Position numbers and translations under genes: made by a program. The notes under the pieces are model-generated. The model ran no database searches. It had not been told where the DNA came from and saw nothing but the letters and a program-made list of their open reading frames with translations. Shown piece by piece: positions 36,701 through 48,200 of a DNA stretch of 64,000 bases. Source of the DNA: a virus. Location: the IMG/VR virus record IMGVR_UViG_3300025141_016375, positions 9,895 to 73,894 of that record. The stretch is one strand, 5' to 3'. Each line of letters starts with the position of its first letter. Position 1 is the first letter of the stretch.

Positions 36701-39700
36701 TTTGTTGAAGACGTTACATCCGGGAGCAACACCGATAATCGTTACGGTGATTTTAGCACGGGTGTATCTCGAAGACATCCGGGCCGCGGCGATTTCTTCC
36801 AAGCTTCTTCAACAGATGCGGTTCAAAATATTGCGCGCGCCACACTTAAACAACAAGTACCTGAAGTGTTGATAGATTCTAACCTCACAAAAATCTTAAC
36901 TCAAGACGATGAGTTTTTTAATCGCGCCGCGCGTCCCATTACTTATTATTTCTCTATAGAAAAAAATCTGTTCCAAAGCATTTCTGAAGAGATGCTCGAT
37001 ATGTTTGCTTCTATTAAGTATTTAAATAATCTAATTGGGGAACCTGTAAATCTTTATCGATCCGAATACAAAGAATTGGGCAAGTTGCGCGAACTCTTTT
37101 TTGAAAAAGTTGGGAATGATTACGATTTTGATAAATATGTAGAATACTACAAGTACATTGATTACGCGATTGGCCAATATATTGAAAAACTCATTCCTGC
37201 TTCAATGTCTACTTTTCGCAAAGGGATCACAACTACAGTTGAAAACTTTGCATTAGACAGAAACAAATATGCGAATAAGTTTCCAATTATTAAAGATAAG
37301 ATGCCACCCATTCTTCAGGCCCAAGCGCTGGGAATTAATGAACTTTTATATGATTGGGAGTTTGGCCATGCGCCTTCTTCTTCTGCCGGTTTTGGGACTC
37401 CGGAGTCGGTAGCTTGTCTTTGGTGGAAAGAACGAGCCGAACGAACAGGGTCCTTATCTATTGTAAGCAGCGACAATGCCGTCAATATCGACAAGCAAAC
37501 AATGCTGGATTCTATTGTAAATGAGACAAATGCGAGCGCTCCAACGGTAAGTCAAACGAGTTCAGCTGGAACATCGATGTATTCTGGTTCCACTTATGTG
37601 ACGCGACGATTGGCGAAACCTTATAGGCTTACGAGCGATCAGTCTCCATATTACCATGGAGGATCCAATTTTTATCAAAACAAGAAATATGATATTGTTA
37701 ATGCGATGGGAGGTCTAAACCTTTTTCCGAACAATATGCTAGAAATAAGCAATGTCGAAGCTTTTGAAGAATGCACCGATGGACTAGATTTAGGGAAAAA
37801 ACGGAAATATAAATACGAGGCGGCAATAGTAAATTTAGCAGGCGCCGGAGAACAAAATTATTTTAGAGCGAAGGGCGATTTGTTTGCTCCGTTCAGCCTA
37901 TATAGTGCATCCATCGCAGGAGGATACCATGATGAAATAGCTGCACAATTTATGGTCGGCGCGGACATCACCAACTTTCATGATGATACATATGGCCCGG
38001 CCTATGAAGTACCAATGCAAGGTCCCTTTACTGAAAAATATGTTGGCGGATATCAGTATAGACACATTGATTTAAATTATAGTGGGACAGACCATCCTTT
38101 GGATACGGCCGTCACCCGTCCGGAAGGAAGGCTCGTGGAACTTAGTTCCGGCGAGATAGAGATTTTGGGCCAGTGGCTTTCGACCGACCGCGATCCCCCA
38201 GCTTGGTCTTTACGAGAGCCATTAGCCAAACGCCCCGTAAACATTGCGAACATTCTCCAAACAACCGGCTCCAGTCCAACTAAAATTGGTAACTATGAAC
38301 ACGATTATGATATTGTGCAGACTAGTGGCCGAACAATTAATAATTTGTTCTTTGTTGAAAGCGAAGGCATTGAGGTCATACCACAGACTTCACTTGTAAT
38401 ATTCTCCCCTGGCGCCACCCCTCCTGGCGCGCCCCTTGTGGATTATACTCTACCAGATCGTAGCATCAGCGGATCAAACAAATTTGTTTTTGTCAATCGC
38501 TTTTCTGCACCAGGCGGCCCTGAAGTCTCGTCTCTCGGCTTCATGGATGTAGAAGCTGCAGAGTTCTCTGTTTATAATGCGCTACCCTTTAGAAACTTAA
38601 CTGTACGATTGCCATTACAAGAATTATTAACAGATCATTGCAAACAATTTGGCTATTTCAGCGACGCTCAGAACTCTGCCAGTTACGTTTTGGCTGGAGT
38701 CGCTTATCCCGGTACCAGCGGTTCGGTCAACACAGGATCTTATTATGCAACAGCGGGATATACAGACGCTACAGCTTCTTTCCATAAAGTTAATAGAAAC
38801 ACCAGGTTACAACCATTTATAGCAAACACTGGCTCGTTCTTTAACACTCTTTGTGCATCTTTGGTTAAAGCGACACCCGACTATATAGCCAATCTGGGCA
38901 CGGCGGCCACTGACGGGTTGACCATTTGCACCTATTCTATGTGGGTCAACCCTATTGGAACTTTGTCTCCCACTTTAGACATGGCTATGAACCTAGGTGG
39001 TGCGCAACGCACTATTGATATTCGCGGCAATACTCCGGCCACACGATTCGTCCGTTTCGGCGCGGATTTTTCTACTACGGACGGTGTGTGGGACACAGAC
39101 GAGGGAAGTATTATAGTGGGGGAATGGCACAATGTTGTGGTGGTGTATGATGGCTCGCTCACCACTAATGTTCCCGTCATTTACATTAATGGCGCACCCA
39201 TGAACGTTACCACTTTTACGGAGCCGCAGGGAACATTAGTGATCTCCTATACTGCCCCCTATACTATTCTGGGGATAGACGCCAGTATAGGTGCGCTTTT
39301 TGCATTTGATGGATTTATAGATGAGGTGAGTTTGTGGAATAAAGCCCTAACTGCTGGCGAAGTACAAGAAATTTTTAATTCAACCGATGATTATTGTTAT
39401 GGGGGCCCTAGCAACCTCTTTCAACACTCAGCAGTGGCATCTTTAATAAACTGGTGGCGCATGGGCGATGAACCCGGCGATGCCCTTCCCGCGGGCCCAA
39501 TTATAGATCTCATTGGGGGCATTAATTTAACCACAATCGGAGGCGCCCCAACCCTTTCCGCTGATGTGCTCTCTGCATATTGTTATGCTATTAAGACCAA
39601 ACCCGCCTACGACAACGCTTACATACAACATCAAATCCCCCAAACAGATGTACAATACGCTTGGATTAAAGCAAGCTTAATTGAAGGATATACGGGATCT

Positions 39701-42700
39701 GCACTTTATGGATTTGAAGAGCCGAATTACAGTCTTGCAAGCATGGCCTCTACGGATCTGACGTTTTGTAGTGCGAGTGATGTGGGAAGCAATTTATTCC
39801 GCGACGGTGGTTTTGTAGAATATGGCCGCATGCTTGGAGCACAGTACGGAAACCCGGTGTGCACGGTTGTATCACACCCAGAGACTTTTTTACCAACAGA
39901 TTTTGTTGGTTTAAATTCTAATATTGTGGAACCTATAAGTTCTTCGACGAATATACTTGGATATCCCTCTCTCGTCGCCTCCTTCCATCCAGGCTGCATG
40001 GCTGAAGTAAATTATGTTAATACTACTTTTTGCGATGCGGAAGGCGCCAACGGCAACACTAACAGCCCAATGGGCCTCGCATCAGTTCTTAGCGCATTAA
40101 TTGGCCACCGCCAAGGTCCATACGGTTGGCCCACTTGGAAACAAATTAGAGGCGGGATACACCCAATTGCGCGATACCAACGAAATCATAACATTATTCA
40201 GTATATAGATTTTGTTCAAACATGGACGGTTCAGCCCTTCCAGGGGGTGTCGATGCTGATGCCAGGCGGGACGGCCAAAACAATTATTTCCACAACAGAG
40301 CCCCCCTTATCTTCAAAATATAAGCCGCTCACCTTTGTAATGCCCTCTCATTCTCCTGCTAAGTTCGAGGAAAGCTTTGCCACAGTGGCATATGGAAACG
40401 CTCTCGTTAAGTTTACCGATCATCGTACTGAATTTGTACCTTCGCCGCTTGTCGGCTCCACGGCTTTAGATCTAGATGCTAAATTGAATACGGTTGCCAC
40501 TAATACTTATTCTAACTTTGGGGCGATGAGAACTTTATTAGCCAAAAGCAATTATGCTGCAAACCCTGACGATTTTATTAAGGTTTCTTATAGTGAAACC
40601 ATTTATCCCAAAGGCCAATACACTTATTTAAGCGGATCGCGTAAAAGAACGAGTTTTACCAATACGTTTTGGCGAACACACCGTTTTGATCGCACCATTC
40701 GTGATCTGCCTAATTCTTTGAGTGATTCACTGGGCGGCGGAGTTGTGCTTATTCCCACGGCAAGCATGTGGAAATTAGACGGGCATCTAAATTTTACAGA
40801 CAATGCAGATTTTTGGACCAGCGGAAGTACCAATTTCAGAGCAGATGGCGCCGGTGAGCTACAAAATAATTATTGCTTATGGCGTAATAGTTTAGAGCCG
40901 GGTCATGTAAGCTGGGTGACCAATCCCGTGGACCCTGGAGCGTTTGTATATAATGCCGAGGGCTGCCAATTAACACCGTTGCCCCGAGCCGCCAGCGAAT
41001 ATGCGAGAAGAATACCTTATGTAGACATCAATGAAGATAACGGCCCACAAGCACGTAGCGGAAGTTACCGTCCTAATTATACGGCTGGTGGAGGCCTCGG
41101 CGAATGCAATGCTATTCCCATCCTGGGCAAACCCGCTTACTTAGCTGAATATTCTTTCCCAGATTTTGAGGGCTTTACAGGGGGCTCCACTGAATATTTT
41201 GTTTATGACACTATCATTAATGGCGATACCAAATGGACAGCAGCCGAGGAAAGCCCTTTAAATTATCAACCTTTTTATGATAGTTACGATGACTATATTG
41301 AAGATTTGTTTAGAGCTTCTAAGGACGCGACGATTGTACCTGAGTTTAGAATAAGTGAAAATATAAACTTTTACTTTAGCAATAATCCCAATATTTTCTT
41401 TGACGAAACGGGATTAAACTGGGCTCATGGCAACATCACAACGAATCAGTTGCTTACTTTGACAGGTTCGAGTTATGAGCCAAGTACGGGCAATTATGAC
41501 GACTTTTTGAAAAGGTATGTCTTCTCGGATTTCTTAGAATATTTTACAATTGTAAAAGACACCTATGAGGATGGCCGCAACAAACTTCCGCCTGGAAGTA
41601 ATCAAACGGAAGCTAAGACCGATTCGTTCGGCAACACTGTTTACGTAGAGACCTTACCTCCTCCTTTAGAAAGTACGCGTTTTAAAATTGTATGCGAAGC
41701 CGGAATCAAATTTCTTCCCTACGATGGATTTTACCCTGCCGAAAGGTGCGTTCAATTAGGAACTTTATTTTCACAGTCGGCCACGACCACGTTTGCGGGG
41801 ACAGAAGCCAATTTTAGAACTCTGATGCAGCCTTTCTTTGCGCCTGGCATTGTATATAACAGTATTAAATCGGGCCTCGCGGTTGACTATCCGATCTATA
41901 CTGCCGGTACGACTCCTCTTACGGCTGCATATAGTGCATCGACCAACACGGTGGCGTACAACATGGACGAGTTCGTCACGAACACTCTTTTATGGCAGGC
42001 CCAATTAGATGGCACGCCGTTTGATACTAGGATTCCTTTTGAGACCTTGTACGAGGCGGTTCCTCTTCCTACAACTATTTTAGATTTTGAACCAGCATGC
42101 CGTGCCCACATTGATTCTACTGCTTCTTTGAGCACCATCAATAGTAACTTTAGAGCGGCAATGGATAATTTCTTAGCAGAAAGTGTGAATACCTTTTTGG
42201 AAGGTGGAAATGTTACCCAACTTAAAAGCAATGTTTTCGTTAAAAACCTAGGGGACGGCGTTCCCATGGTCACAGTGCCTGGAAGCCCCTCCGCCACTAA
42301 AACTTATTCAATGGATGTGGTGTTAAATAATTCAACCAACATCAACAGTCTAAGTGATTTTAAGACGGCTGTGGAATTGCTTACCTATGACAGCGGCGAT
42401 CCGGCCTCGTTAGGGAGCAACCCCCAATCGTGTAGTTTAAATGTAAATTCTTCTTCCATTATCATGTATTCGCGTGCCACCACGGGATATAGTATCGATC
42501 CCCATCTTTATGGTTCATCTTTTGGCATGCCCATGACGGCGTTCACGGCACAAACTATTCATGGCTCCAATGGTCTTTTAAGTCCACAGTGTACATACGG
42601 TACATGGTACAAGCTGGCCAGTTTCGAGCCCTATACACCTCCTTATTATGACGGTTTTGCAGCAGTTAGAATCTCCGTAGAACTACCGGGAGGCGAAGCT

Positions 42701-44074
42701 AGCATTACTCAGATTGCCAAAGATTTGCAATATACTTATTATCGTATGCCCACTTTCCACTCTTCTACGACTGATAATAAGGCATGGGCAAACGCGATGC
42801 ATATGAGTGCATCTATTAATTTAGGCGGCGACAATTCGGAGAAAATTATTTTTGAAGGATACACTCCCAATAACCAGCACTATCATCAACAAATAATCTT
42901 TTCTCCCAAGTGGGAATGTCCTATTCTTGATTTTACAGATAAGACACCCGAGAAACCTTTTTACTCTACTATTGATGGGGGTGTAGCAAAAGGAATGTGG
43001 CATCAATATGGAGAAATCCCCTCTAGTGTCACATCGTCCCCTTTCGAACCCACCGGAAAGAAGGGGATTCAATTAAGTGTCCAACAAAGCGCAGAATCAC
43101 GAACGCAGGAACATGGAGATCTGGCTACGTTACTGGGGTTTGTTGGGCCCGAGGTCACCCCTCAGACATTAGGAACGTTGGGTGAATACAGCACTGTTCA
43201 AACCCAGGCCAAGAAAAATACTCTAAGCGAAGCTCTAGTGGCTATTCCTTTCAAATTTGATAAAAACAATAATACTACTCAGACTTATCAGATCCTTCAG
43301 AGCGCTCTGGATGGCAAATCTGCGCCAAATGCTCAAACGTTCACAAATAGCAATGGCGTTACTACCGAAGTTCCTCCACGACTTAAGGGGGCGCGCGACT
43401 TATTCTTAGATGAGAATGGCCAGGTCATAGATTACGCTAATTTATTACCTCCCACTTTTAAAGAATTTTATACTAAATGGCCCGCAGAAAAAGACGTTCT
43501 TGATGATATTGATCCTGAAGTATATGCGTTGCTACAAAAAATGCACAAATACGTGGTGCCGCCCGAATTAGACTTTTTGCATAACCCTTCTATTTCTCCT
43601 TTTGTCATGTATATGTGGGAGTTTGAAGTAGACTTAAGCACACAAGATCTACAGAATATTTGGCAAAATATTGCACCCCCATTAGTTCAAGATGATGGAA
43701 ATGCTAGCGGCGGATTTCTCAAGGTCGCAGGCACACCAATTGAACATGTGATGCCCACAACGGCGGCTCAGGCTATGTTGGGGGACCATCACAATTTCTT
43801 TTATGATATCTTTGATGAAGAAATAACCCGTTGGGCTGTCTTTAAAGTCAAAAAAAGGGCGCGCAATAACTATAATAATATAATAGGGCGCCCAAAAGAT
43901 GGTGATAATTTCTTGATCCGACGCGATCTTTATTCCAAAGGAGTGGGGCCGAAAGATTATCCCTATTCATATAATTGGCCTCATGATTTTTATTCTTTGA
44001 TTGAGCTAGTAAAAATTGACACCAGCACCACTTTTTCTAAACGAGTAGCCGAAATGCGCACAGAGGAAGACTAA
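33743..44074 (+). CDS. Giant (3443 aa) baseplate/tail protein with LamG (concanavalin A-like) domains
   Basis: LamG motifs TVEFW...WHHYAF...GSLDEVRYW and TYSMWV...WHNVVVVYDG...GFIDEVSLWNKALT. YKSKGTEKSFRNLIRCFG resembles the gp7/P2 gpI wedge motif. Confidence 0.8.
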   Translation: MSLKDLFKEDDNLRSFEPITKADIDADLESYDYLKAVQERSRRFLPLEKFAKPETFAKFGSAEKYYEDSIRRIYNTYPYDGSLKEKIQWELSSSVIDIFLLENGYPRTTGYATFSSASFAATVLVNGYGAVPTASYEFISLQGGPHKGTGKSLYYDQWQDTTTYRKDANILDRSQNRENNLKIDGIDGNTVEFWLKKEAFLVLGDPDYTSEKEVIIDVFVSGTTQVDQEYGRLRVELTGTADVGATPWLVTFSSGTLNAMMQQPIGRNITTASVADGQWHHYAFIFQNNADNPGNAVQCDLFIDGAHNSRAVGTGEVFYVSGALEATVGALGSADPPETGVTALNGALKGYAKLSGSLDEVRYWKTARTSKKIQQYWFDQVGGGTNSDLANTHLGVYYKFNEGITTNVAIDANVLDYSGRISNGTWTGYNPLFSRSTGSAMIESSASAIEFRDPIIYPSHLDVVSFLNTQKGIGKDYDTTNVNSLVSYMPTWMLEINETAEADANKNVLMNLLQILSSYFDNASLLIDKIPSLSEPKYYTSGTFPPPFNKRLLESRGFVAPDIFMDLSLLEQFAQRDNTLLFQESVEHVKRTIYQNIYNNLIYLYKSKGTEKSFRNLIRCFGIDDEVLKFNIYTKNNTFKIQDNTKYVTKTKQYANFNEVENGDATVYQHTASDDTNATSFLTMGPGLVGGDVPTFSSGTAFTLAADVILPNHVTIAEYATVKENYDGKVQNHYPLIVSSSLFGLHDVTSVENVGTWINPDWANFQVYAVKENNDKFSTTAKFVLSSVPSAPAGPIETILPIESPFFEDIYDDQKWTLAVSVFPEKQGVNQVGGTSGSDMGVPTSPDQSDYIIRFYGCNHISDIKYQSFEVSATIPQQAGDWGGAFFWHWPNKRIFAGAHRTDFNGSLREFSDAKISAVKAWYANIPTSSIDQHNKKAGNYGAAAPTKNAFLYEEAYNSVNIPEIGTLALHWDFTTVSSSDASGQFFVEDVTSGSNTDNRYGDFSTGVSRRHPGRGDFFQASSTDAVQNIARATLKQQVPEVLIDSNLTKILTQDDEFFNRAARPITYYFSIEKNLFQSISEEMLDMFASIKYLNNLIGEPVNLYRSEYKELGKLRELFFEKVGNDYDFDKYVEYYKYIDYAIGQYIEKLIPASMSTFRKGITTTVENFALDRNKYANKFPIIKDKMPPILQAQALGINELLYDWEFGHAPSSSAGFGTPESVACLWWKERAERTGSLSIVSSDNAVNIDKQTMLDSIVNETNASAPTVSQTSSAGTSMYSGSTYVTRRLAKPYRLTSDQSPYYHGGSNFYQNKKYDIVNAMGGLNLFPNNMLEISNVEAFEECTDGLDLGKKRKYKYEAAIVNLAGAGEQNYFRAKGDLFAPFSLYSASIAGGYHDEIAAQFMVGADITNFHDDTYGPAYEVPMQGPFTEKYVGGYQYRHIDLNYSGTDHPLDTAVTRPEGRLVELSSGEIEILGQWLSTDRDPPAWSLREPLAKRPVNIANILQTTGSSPTKIGNYEHDYDIVQTSGRTINNLFFVESEGIEVIPQTSLVIFSPGATPPGAPLVDYTLPDRSISGSNKFVFVNRFSAPGGPEVSSLGFMDVEAAEFSVYNALPFRNLTVRLPLQELLTDHCKQFGYFSDAQNSASYVLAGVAYPGTSGSVNTGSYYATAGYTDATASFHKVNRNTRLQPFIANTGSFFNTLCASLVKATPDYIANLGTAATDGLTICTYSMWVNPIGTLSPTLDMAMNLGGAQRTIDIRGNTPATRFVRFGADFSTTDGVWDTDEGSIIVGEWHNVVVVYDGSLTTNVPVIYINGAPMNVTTFTEPQGTLVISYTAPYTILGIDASIGALFAFDGFIDEVSLWNKALTAGEVQEIFNSTDDYCYGGPSNLFQHSAVASLINWWRMGDEPGDALPAGPIIDLIGGINLTTIGGAPTLSADVLSAYCYAIKTKPAYDNAYIQHQIPQTDVQYAWIKASLIEGYTGSALYGFEEPNYSLASMASTDLTFCSASDVGSNLFRDGGFVEYGRMLGAQYGNPVCTVVSHPETFLPTDFVGLNSNIVEPISSSTNILGYPSLVASFHPGCMAEVNYVNTTFCDAEGANGNTNSPMGLASVLSALIGHRQGPYGWPTWKQIRGGIHPIARYQRNHNIIQYIDFVQTWTVQPFQGVSMLMPGGTAKTIISTTEPPLSSKYKPLTFVMPSHSPAKFEESFATVAYGNALVKFTDHRTEFVPSPLVGSTALDLDAKLNTVATNTYSNFGAMRTLLAKSNYAANPDDFIKVSYSETIYPKGQYTYLSGSRKRTSFTNTFWRTHRFDRTIRDLPNSLSDSLGGGVVLIPTASMWKLDGHLNFTDNADFWTSGSTNFRADGAGELQNNYCLWRNSLEPGHVSWVTNPVDPGAFVYNAEGCQLTPLPRAASEYARRIPYVDINEDNGPQARSGSYRPNYTAGGGLGECNAIPILGKPAYLAEYSFPDFEGFTGGSTEYFVYDTIINGDTKWTAAEESPLNYQPFYDSYDDYIEDLFRASKDATIVPEFRISENINFYFSNNPNIFFDETGLNWAHGNITTNQLLTLTGSSYEPSTGNYDDFLKRYVFSDFLEYFTIVKDTYEDGRNKLPPGSNQTEAKTDSFGNTVYVETLPPPLESTRFKIVCEAGIKFLPYDGFYPAERCVQLGTLFSQSATTTFAGTEANFRTLMQPFFAPGIVYNSIKSGLAVDYPIYTAGTTPLTAAYSASTNTVAYNMDEFVTNTLLWQAQLDGTPFDTRIPFETLYEAVPLPTTILDFEPACRAHIDSTASLSTINSNFRAAMDNFLAESVNTFLEGGNVTQLKSNVFVKNLGDGVPMVTVPGSPSATKTYSMDVVLNNSTNINSLSDFKTAVELLTYDSGDPASLGSNPQSCSLNVNSSSIIMYSRATTGYSIDPHLYGSSFGMPMTAFTAQTIHGSNGLLSPQCTYGTWYKLASFEPYTPPYYDGFAAVRISVELPGGEASITQIAKDLQYTYYRMPTFHSSTTDNKAWANAMHMSASINLGGDNSEKIIFEGYTPNNQHYHQQIIFSPKWECPILDFTDKTPEKPFYSTIDGGVAKGMWHQYGEIPSSVTSSPFEPTGKKGIQLSVQQSAESRTQEHGDLATLLGFVGPEVTPQTLGTLGEYSTVQTQAKKNTLSEALVAIPFKFDKNNNTTQTYQILQSALDGKSAPNAQTFTNSNGVTTEVPPRLKGARDLFLDENGQVIDYANLLPPTFKEFYTKWPAEKDVLDDIDPEVYALLQKMHKYVVPPELDFLHNPSISPFVMYMWEFEVDLSTQDLQNIWQNIAPPLVQDDGNASGGFLKVAGTPIEHVMPTTAAQAMLGDHHNFFYDIFDEEITRWAVFKVKKRARNNYNNIIGRPKDGDNFLIRRDLYSKGVGPKDYPYSYNWPHDFYSLIELVKIDTSTTFSKRVAEMRTEED

Positions 44075-44076
44075 TT

Positions 44077-45267
44077 ATGGAGTTTTTTGATAAAAAACAA
44101 GATGTGCTTGATATTAAATTAACTCGTTATGGACGCCAACTCCTTTCTCGCGGAAAATTTAAGCCAGCTTATTATAGTTTTTCGGATGATGACGTCATTT
44201 ACGATCAGCGATGGATATCGGGCACCGTTGCTCTAGAACCCCAATCCCAAGTGGAAGGGCGTATCCAGGAAGGAACACCGCGTGTTGAAACTCTCAGTTC
44301 TAAAGTAGGGGCAGAAGTCACCGTTTTTAATAGCAACAATGGTTCTCAACTTCAAAATCTTATCGACCTCTATAACATTAGTACCGATATGGCACAAATG
44401 ATAGCGGTGCAAGAGGACCCCAAGAAAGGAGGTCCAGAGGAAAAAGAGTTTCAAGAAATTTTAAATTCAATAGTTCTTGACGTGGACTTTGCCGATGCAG
44501 AAAAATTAGTACGCCATCACTTGGGGACAAAAAGATATTTTACTAATTTTGCTCCTGGTTGGAATGTAGTGTTTTATCATGGTTATATTTCTGGTTCATC
44601 TCCAACTTATTTCAAGAAAGACATCAATAAAAAAGTACCTCAAATCGACACTACCCTGAGAGATAGTTTTTCTCGATATCACGATGATCAAGATGCATTT
44701 GAGCTAAACCCGGCACTTAGGAATGTAATTGAAAAATATAATAAATATGGCAGCCTCGGAACAGTAACGGAAGAAACTGTTGGCGCCTACAGCGATGTTT
44801 TTGGGGAGGATGAGGGGATTGATTATTTAAACACCTACTATGAAAGTTTCCCTCTGCAAGAAGGCTCTGTGTTTGTGGAAAAGGATTTTCTTTTATTGTC
44901 GTTTGAGGAATCGGGGGTGGATTTTACTCACGAAAACTTTTCCTTAGAAGTATTTGAAATTGTTGAGCCTTTTGCTGAAGGGACCCCAGCGTCGGCTAGC
45001 ACCGAACAATTAAATCGTTTAATGTTTGGAGACTTGGCGGAACAAGCCACCACCACCTCTAGAATGGTGGATGCCTATTTCGACGTGGAGTTCGACACGG
45101 AAATTAATAAAATCCTAGGATGTACTTTAACGGGCAAGAAACAACTTAAAACCAAGAACATATACAATACTAATGTTTTTAATTGCGAGCCCATAGACAA
45201 CAAAGCCGAGTCTACGAGCACAGATATATACGATTTGGACCCAGTTGAAACAGAGGAGGTTTGTTGA
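44077..45267 (+). CDS. Virion structural protein; N-terminus paralogous to 52724..53713
   Basis: LDIKLTRYGRQLLSRG.F....YSFSDDDVIYD. Confidence 0.7.
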   Translation: MEFFDKKQDVLDIKLTRYGRQLLSRGKFKPAYYSFSDDDVIYDQRWISGTVALEPQSQVEGRIQEGTPRVETLSSKVGAEVTVFNSNNGSQLQNLIDLYNISTDMAQMIAVQEDPKKGGPEEKEFQEILNSIVLDVDFADAEKLVRHHLGTKRYFTNFAPGWNVVFYHGYISGSSPTYFKKDINKKVPQIDTTLRDSFSRYHDDQDAFELNPALRNVIEKYNKYGSLGTVTEETVGAYSDVFGEDEGIDYLNTYYESFPLQEGSVFVEKDFLLLSFEESGVDFTHENFSLEVFEIVEPFAEGTPASASTEQLNRLMFGDLAEQATTTSRMVDAYFDVEFDTEINKILGCTLTGKKQLKTKNIYNTNVFNCEPIDNKAESTSTDIYDLDPVETEEVC

Positions 45268-48200
45268 TGGCGAAAGGATTAAATTATGTACCTAGGCCTT
45301 TTGTTTCGCGGATTTTGGTAGAAACTGCCACCAATACGACATCCAATGCACAGCAATGGATAGACCTTTACACAGAACAAACGGATACCGACTTCGGCAA
45401 TGATAAAGCCAACAAGTTAAAGATTACGTTTAATTTCGCCTTTAAAAGCCTTTACCCTTCGTATGGGAATTGCGTTGCCCTAGAAGAAACCTCAACTGTG
45501 ATCTCCAAGCTGGGCATCACGGGCTATCGTGTAAGAGATCCAAAATTGCTTAAGGAGTTTTTAGATTTTAAAGTCGAAGTGGGGTTCGGGAAAAGAGAAT
45601 GGGCCGAGGCAAATTTTGGCATAGGCGCCTCCCACCCCATGCCCTACATATTAAAAGAAGATCTTCCAGATTATATTGTGCGCCAAAATGGTACCAATAT
45701 TTTAACCCTTCCCCATTATATATTTGATATATATGAATATAACGACACAGCGGCCACGCCTAATGGAAACCCAGAGTTTCTTGCTTATGTGTTTTTTATC
45801 ACTGATAAATCTATTACCCCCAACGTTTTTACTAGTGAAATTGTTTTTAGAGGCGGCGCTTTGGTAAACACTACATCTTATTTTGTAATTGGGGATCATT
45901 ATGAAAAAGGGGGAAAGATGTATAGCCTTGTGGAAGAAAATCTCGACGTTGATACTGGCGTAAGCTTAACTGCACAAGTAAAAAAATCCTATGGGGCCCC
46001 CGGTCAATTGTGGTGCGGCAGCGTACATAAACATGGTGCTAAATTGATGGCGGGCCTGGAAAAGAATGGCGCACAACCTGTTCTTAAGATGTACACGGCG
46101 CGGAATGATAAAATAGTGGATGTTAGAGCCGCACAAGCGGTGGACAAAACATATGCTTATGAAGGATCTCAATATGAGAAGTCGCTTTCTTTTATCACTA
46201 CTCCCACATTTGCCAATTATCAACAGTACAAAGTTACGGACTATCTTATTCCCCAAAGCAATGGTGTTTTTACAGAGGTAGATTATTCCATTCGGACTTT
46301 CACCTCTGCAGATGATTATAGCATGGCCCTCTCCATGCCACCTGCGGCTAAAGTTTGCTTGTTCTTTGGAATGGATAAGGTGCGTTTATTAAAGCAAGGC
46401 ACAGCACTTCCCGGGCTTTTGGATAGGCTGACGGCCTTCAATCCTGACTTTTTATCGTATTTTACGGCTAAAATTAACATTACGCGCTTTGAAATTGCGC
46501 GTCTCAATGTTGAGACGGGCCAAGCTCAAATTCTTTTAATCGGAAATAATGGTGATTATTTTGACGATGCAGCAACTGCCGACCCTGATAATAAACCTGT
46601 TGCTCGTCGAGCAAAAGGGCATCGTCTTCGCCGCGTAGGAGCAGCTGGAACCAATATTAAATTCGCCAATGATGACGGTACTATAAGCTTTTATGAGTTT
46701 AGAGACGGCGAATTAAATGCCGATAGTTATGATAATGGGATGTATAAGTATTCGGTAAAAGTAAGCTTTAGAGACCCTATATGGGATTATCTCAATGGCC
46801 ATTTAACCACCCTTACCAAGATCACAGAAGATTTAGACGATTTGTTGTTTAAAACTTCTTTAAAGTTTCTCGATACTTCCGTCAATAAAACAGTAGCGGT
46901 TTTTGATAAATATTATCAAAAAATGAATCCCGTTTTTGTTGAAAAGGCACTAGCTGGAACAGCACTAGTGGGATTTACTTTTGCAACTGAGGGCGCATAT
47001 GAGGGAGTCCCTCAAAGCATCGTCACCGCCTTTGCCCCTTATCACGTGACGGAGACAACCAAATATAATAATTTAACTTTATTGTTACATGCAATTTCTG
47101 GAGATATGACCGCGTTGGTAGCGATAGACGATTATTATCAACAAACCGAATTGCAAGCTGCTTACGGCAATTCTTATCATAGCGATATTCGCGATTATTT
47201 AATTAATTCTACAAAACTTGCCACTACCACTCCCATTTTGTTGGAAAAGGCTCGTTCCATTCTGGCTCTTTTGAGCGATAAAATCGCAAAGGTAGTGAGC
47301 ATCTATAGTCGCGAGATTAAAAACAAAAACAGCGACGTAGGCGCCGATCCTTATACAGATTTTCTTAAGGGCCAAGGCGACTTTGCGAGCCCGAGTACGG
47401 TAAACGAAATTGAAATGAAACACACTTTCAAAAAGGACATTGACCTTGCCAAAGTGAAAGATCGTTTTGACTGGCTACAGAATATGGGCCCTTCTACGCA
47501 GCCATTTTATAGTTTAAAAGTGGTTAGAAGTGGCGATTATATAGATACGATTGCCACTAGTTTTAGTTATTTGCTAAATGAAGATACGACTTATGATCCA
47601 TTGGCCATCGGAGTTGATTATTGGTTTTTGCCCTCTTACACAATGAGGTTCGAGTGGGGGCAGGGATATGTGATGTGGGGAGATACCCCTCGTGCAGGCA
47701 CAGAAACTTTTAAACTTTTTAACTATAAAGATCAGCCGCAAGGAACATTTGCAGGGGATTTTGAAAATAAGTTCTATCAAGCCATGAGGAAAAAAGTATT
47801 GGGAGGCTCTACGGATACACAAAAGAACGTATCGATGCTGGAGATTCTCGCTTTTTTTGGAATTAAAGGTCCCACTAAGTTTTTTGAATTGACCTTCCTC
47901 GGCCTAACCCCCGTCCTTTCCGAAGAACAGAAGACAACCATAAGCTTAATTGCATCAGCATTAGATTTTAAAAAAGCAGGCGAGTCCGGAGACCAGGAAC
48001 AAGAAACCGACGTAGATTCCAACCCAACAGGCAAATTGGTAACAAAATCAGGGGGTGTCACAGAAAAAGATACGGCATCGGGTGCCCCCCATGAATGGGG
48101 GGGCCTCTCGGCAAAAATGTGGGATATAAATGCCGCTAAAAAAATCCTTGCGTTGCTTTTTTCGGATAATTCCAAAAAGAATAACTATAGGAATCTTAAT

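Noticed and set aside
44071-44077. CTAATTA as a promoter for 44077
   Set aside because: It is formed by the TAA stop plus the next ATG, leaving no room for a leader; likely coincidental.
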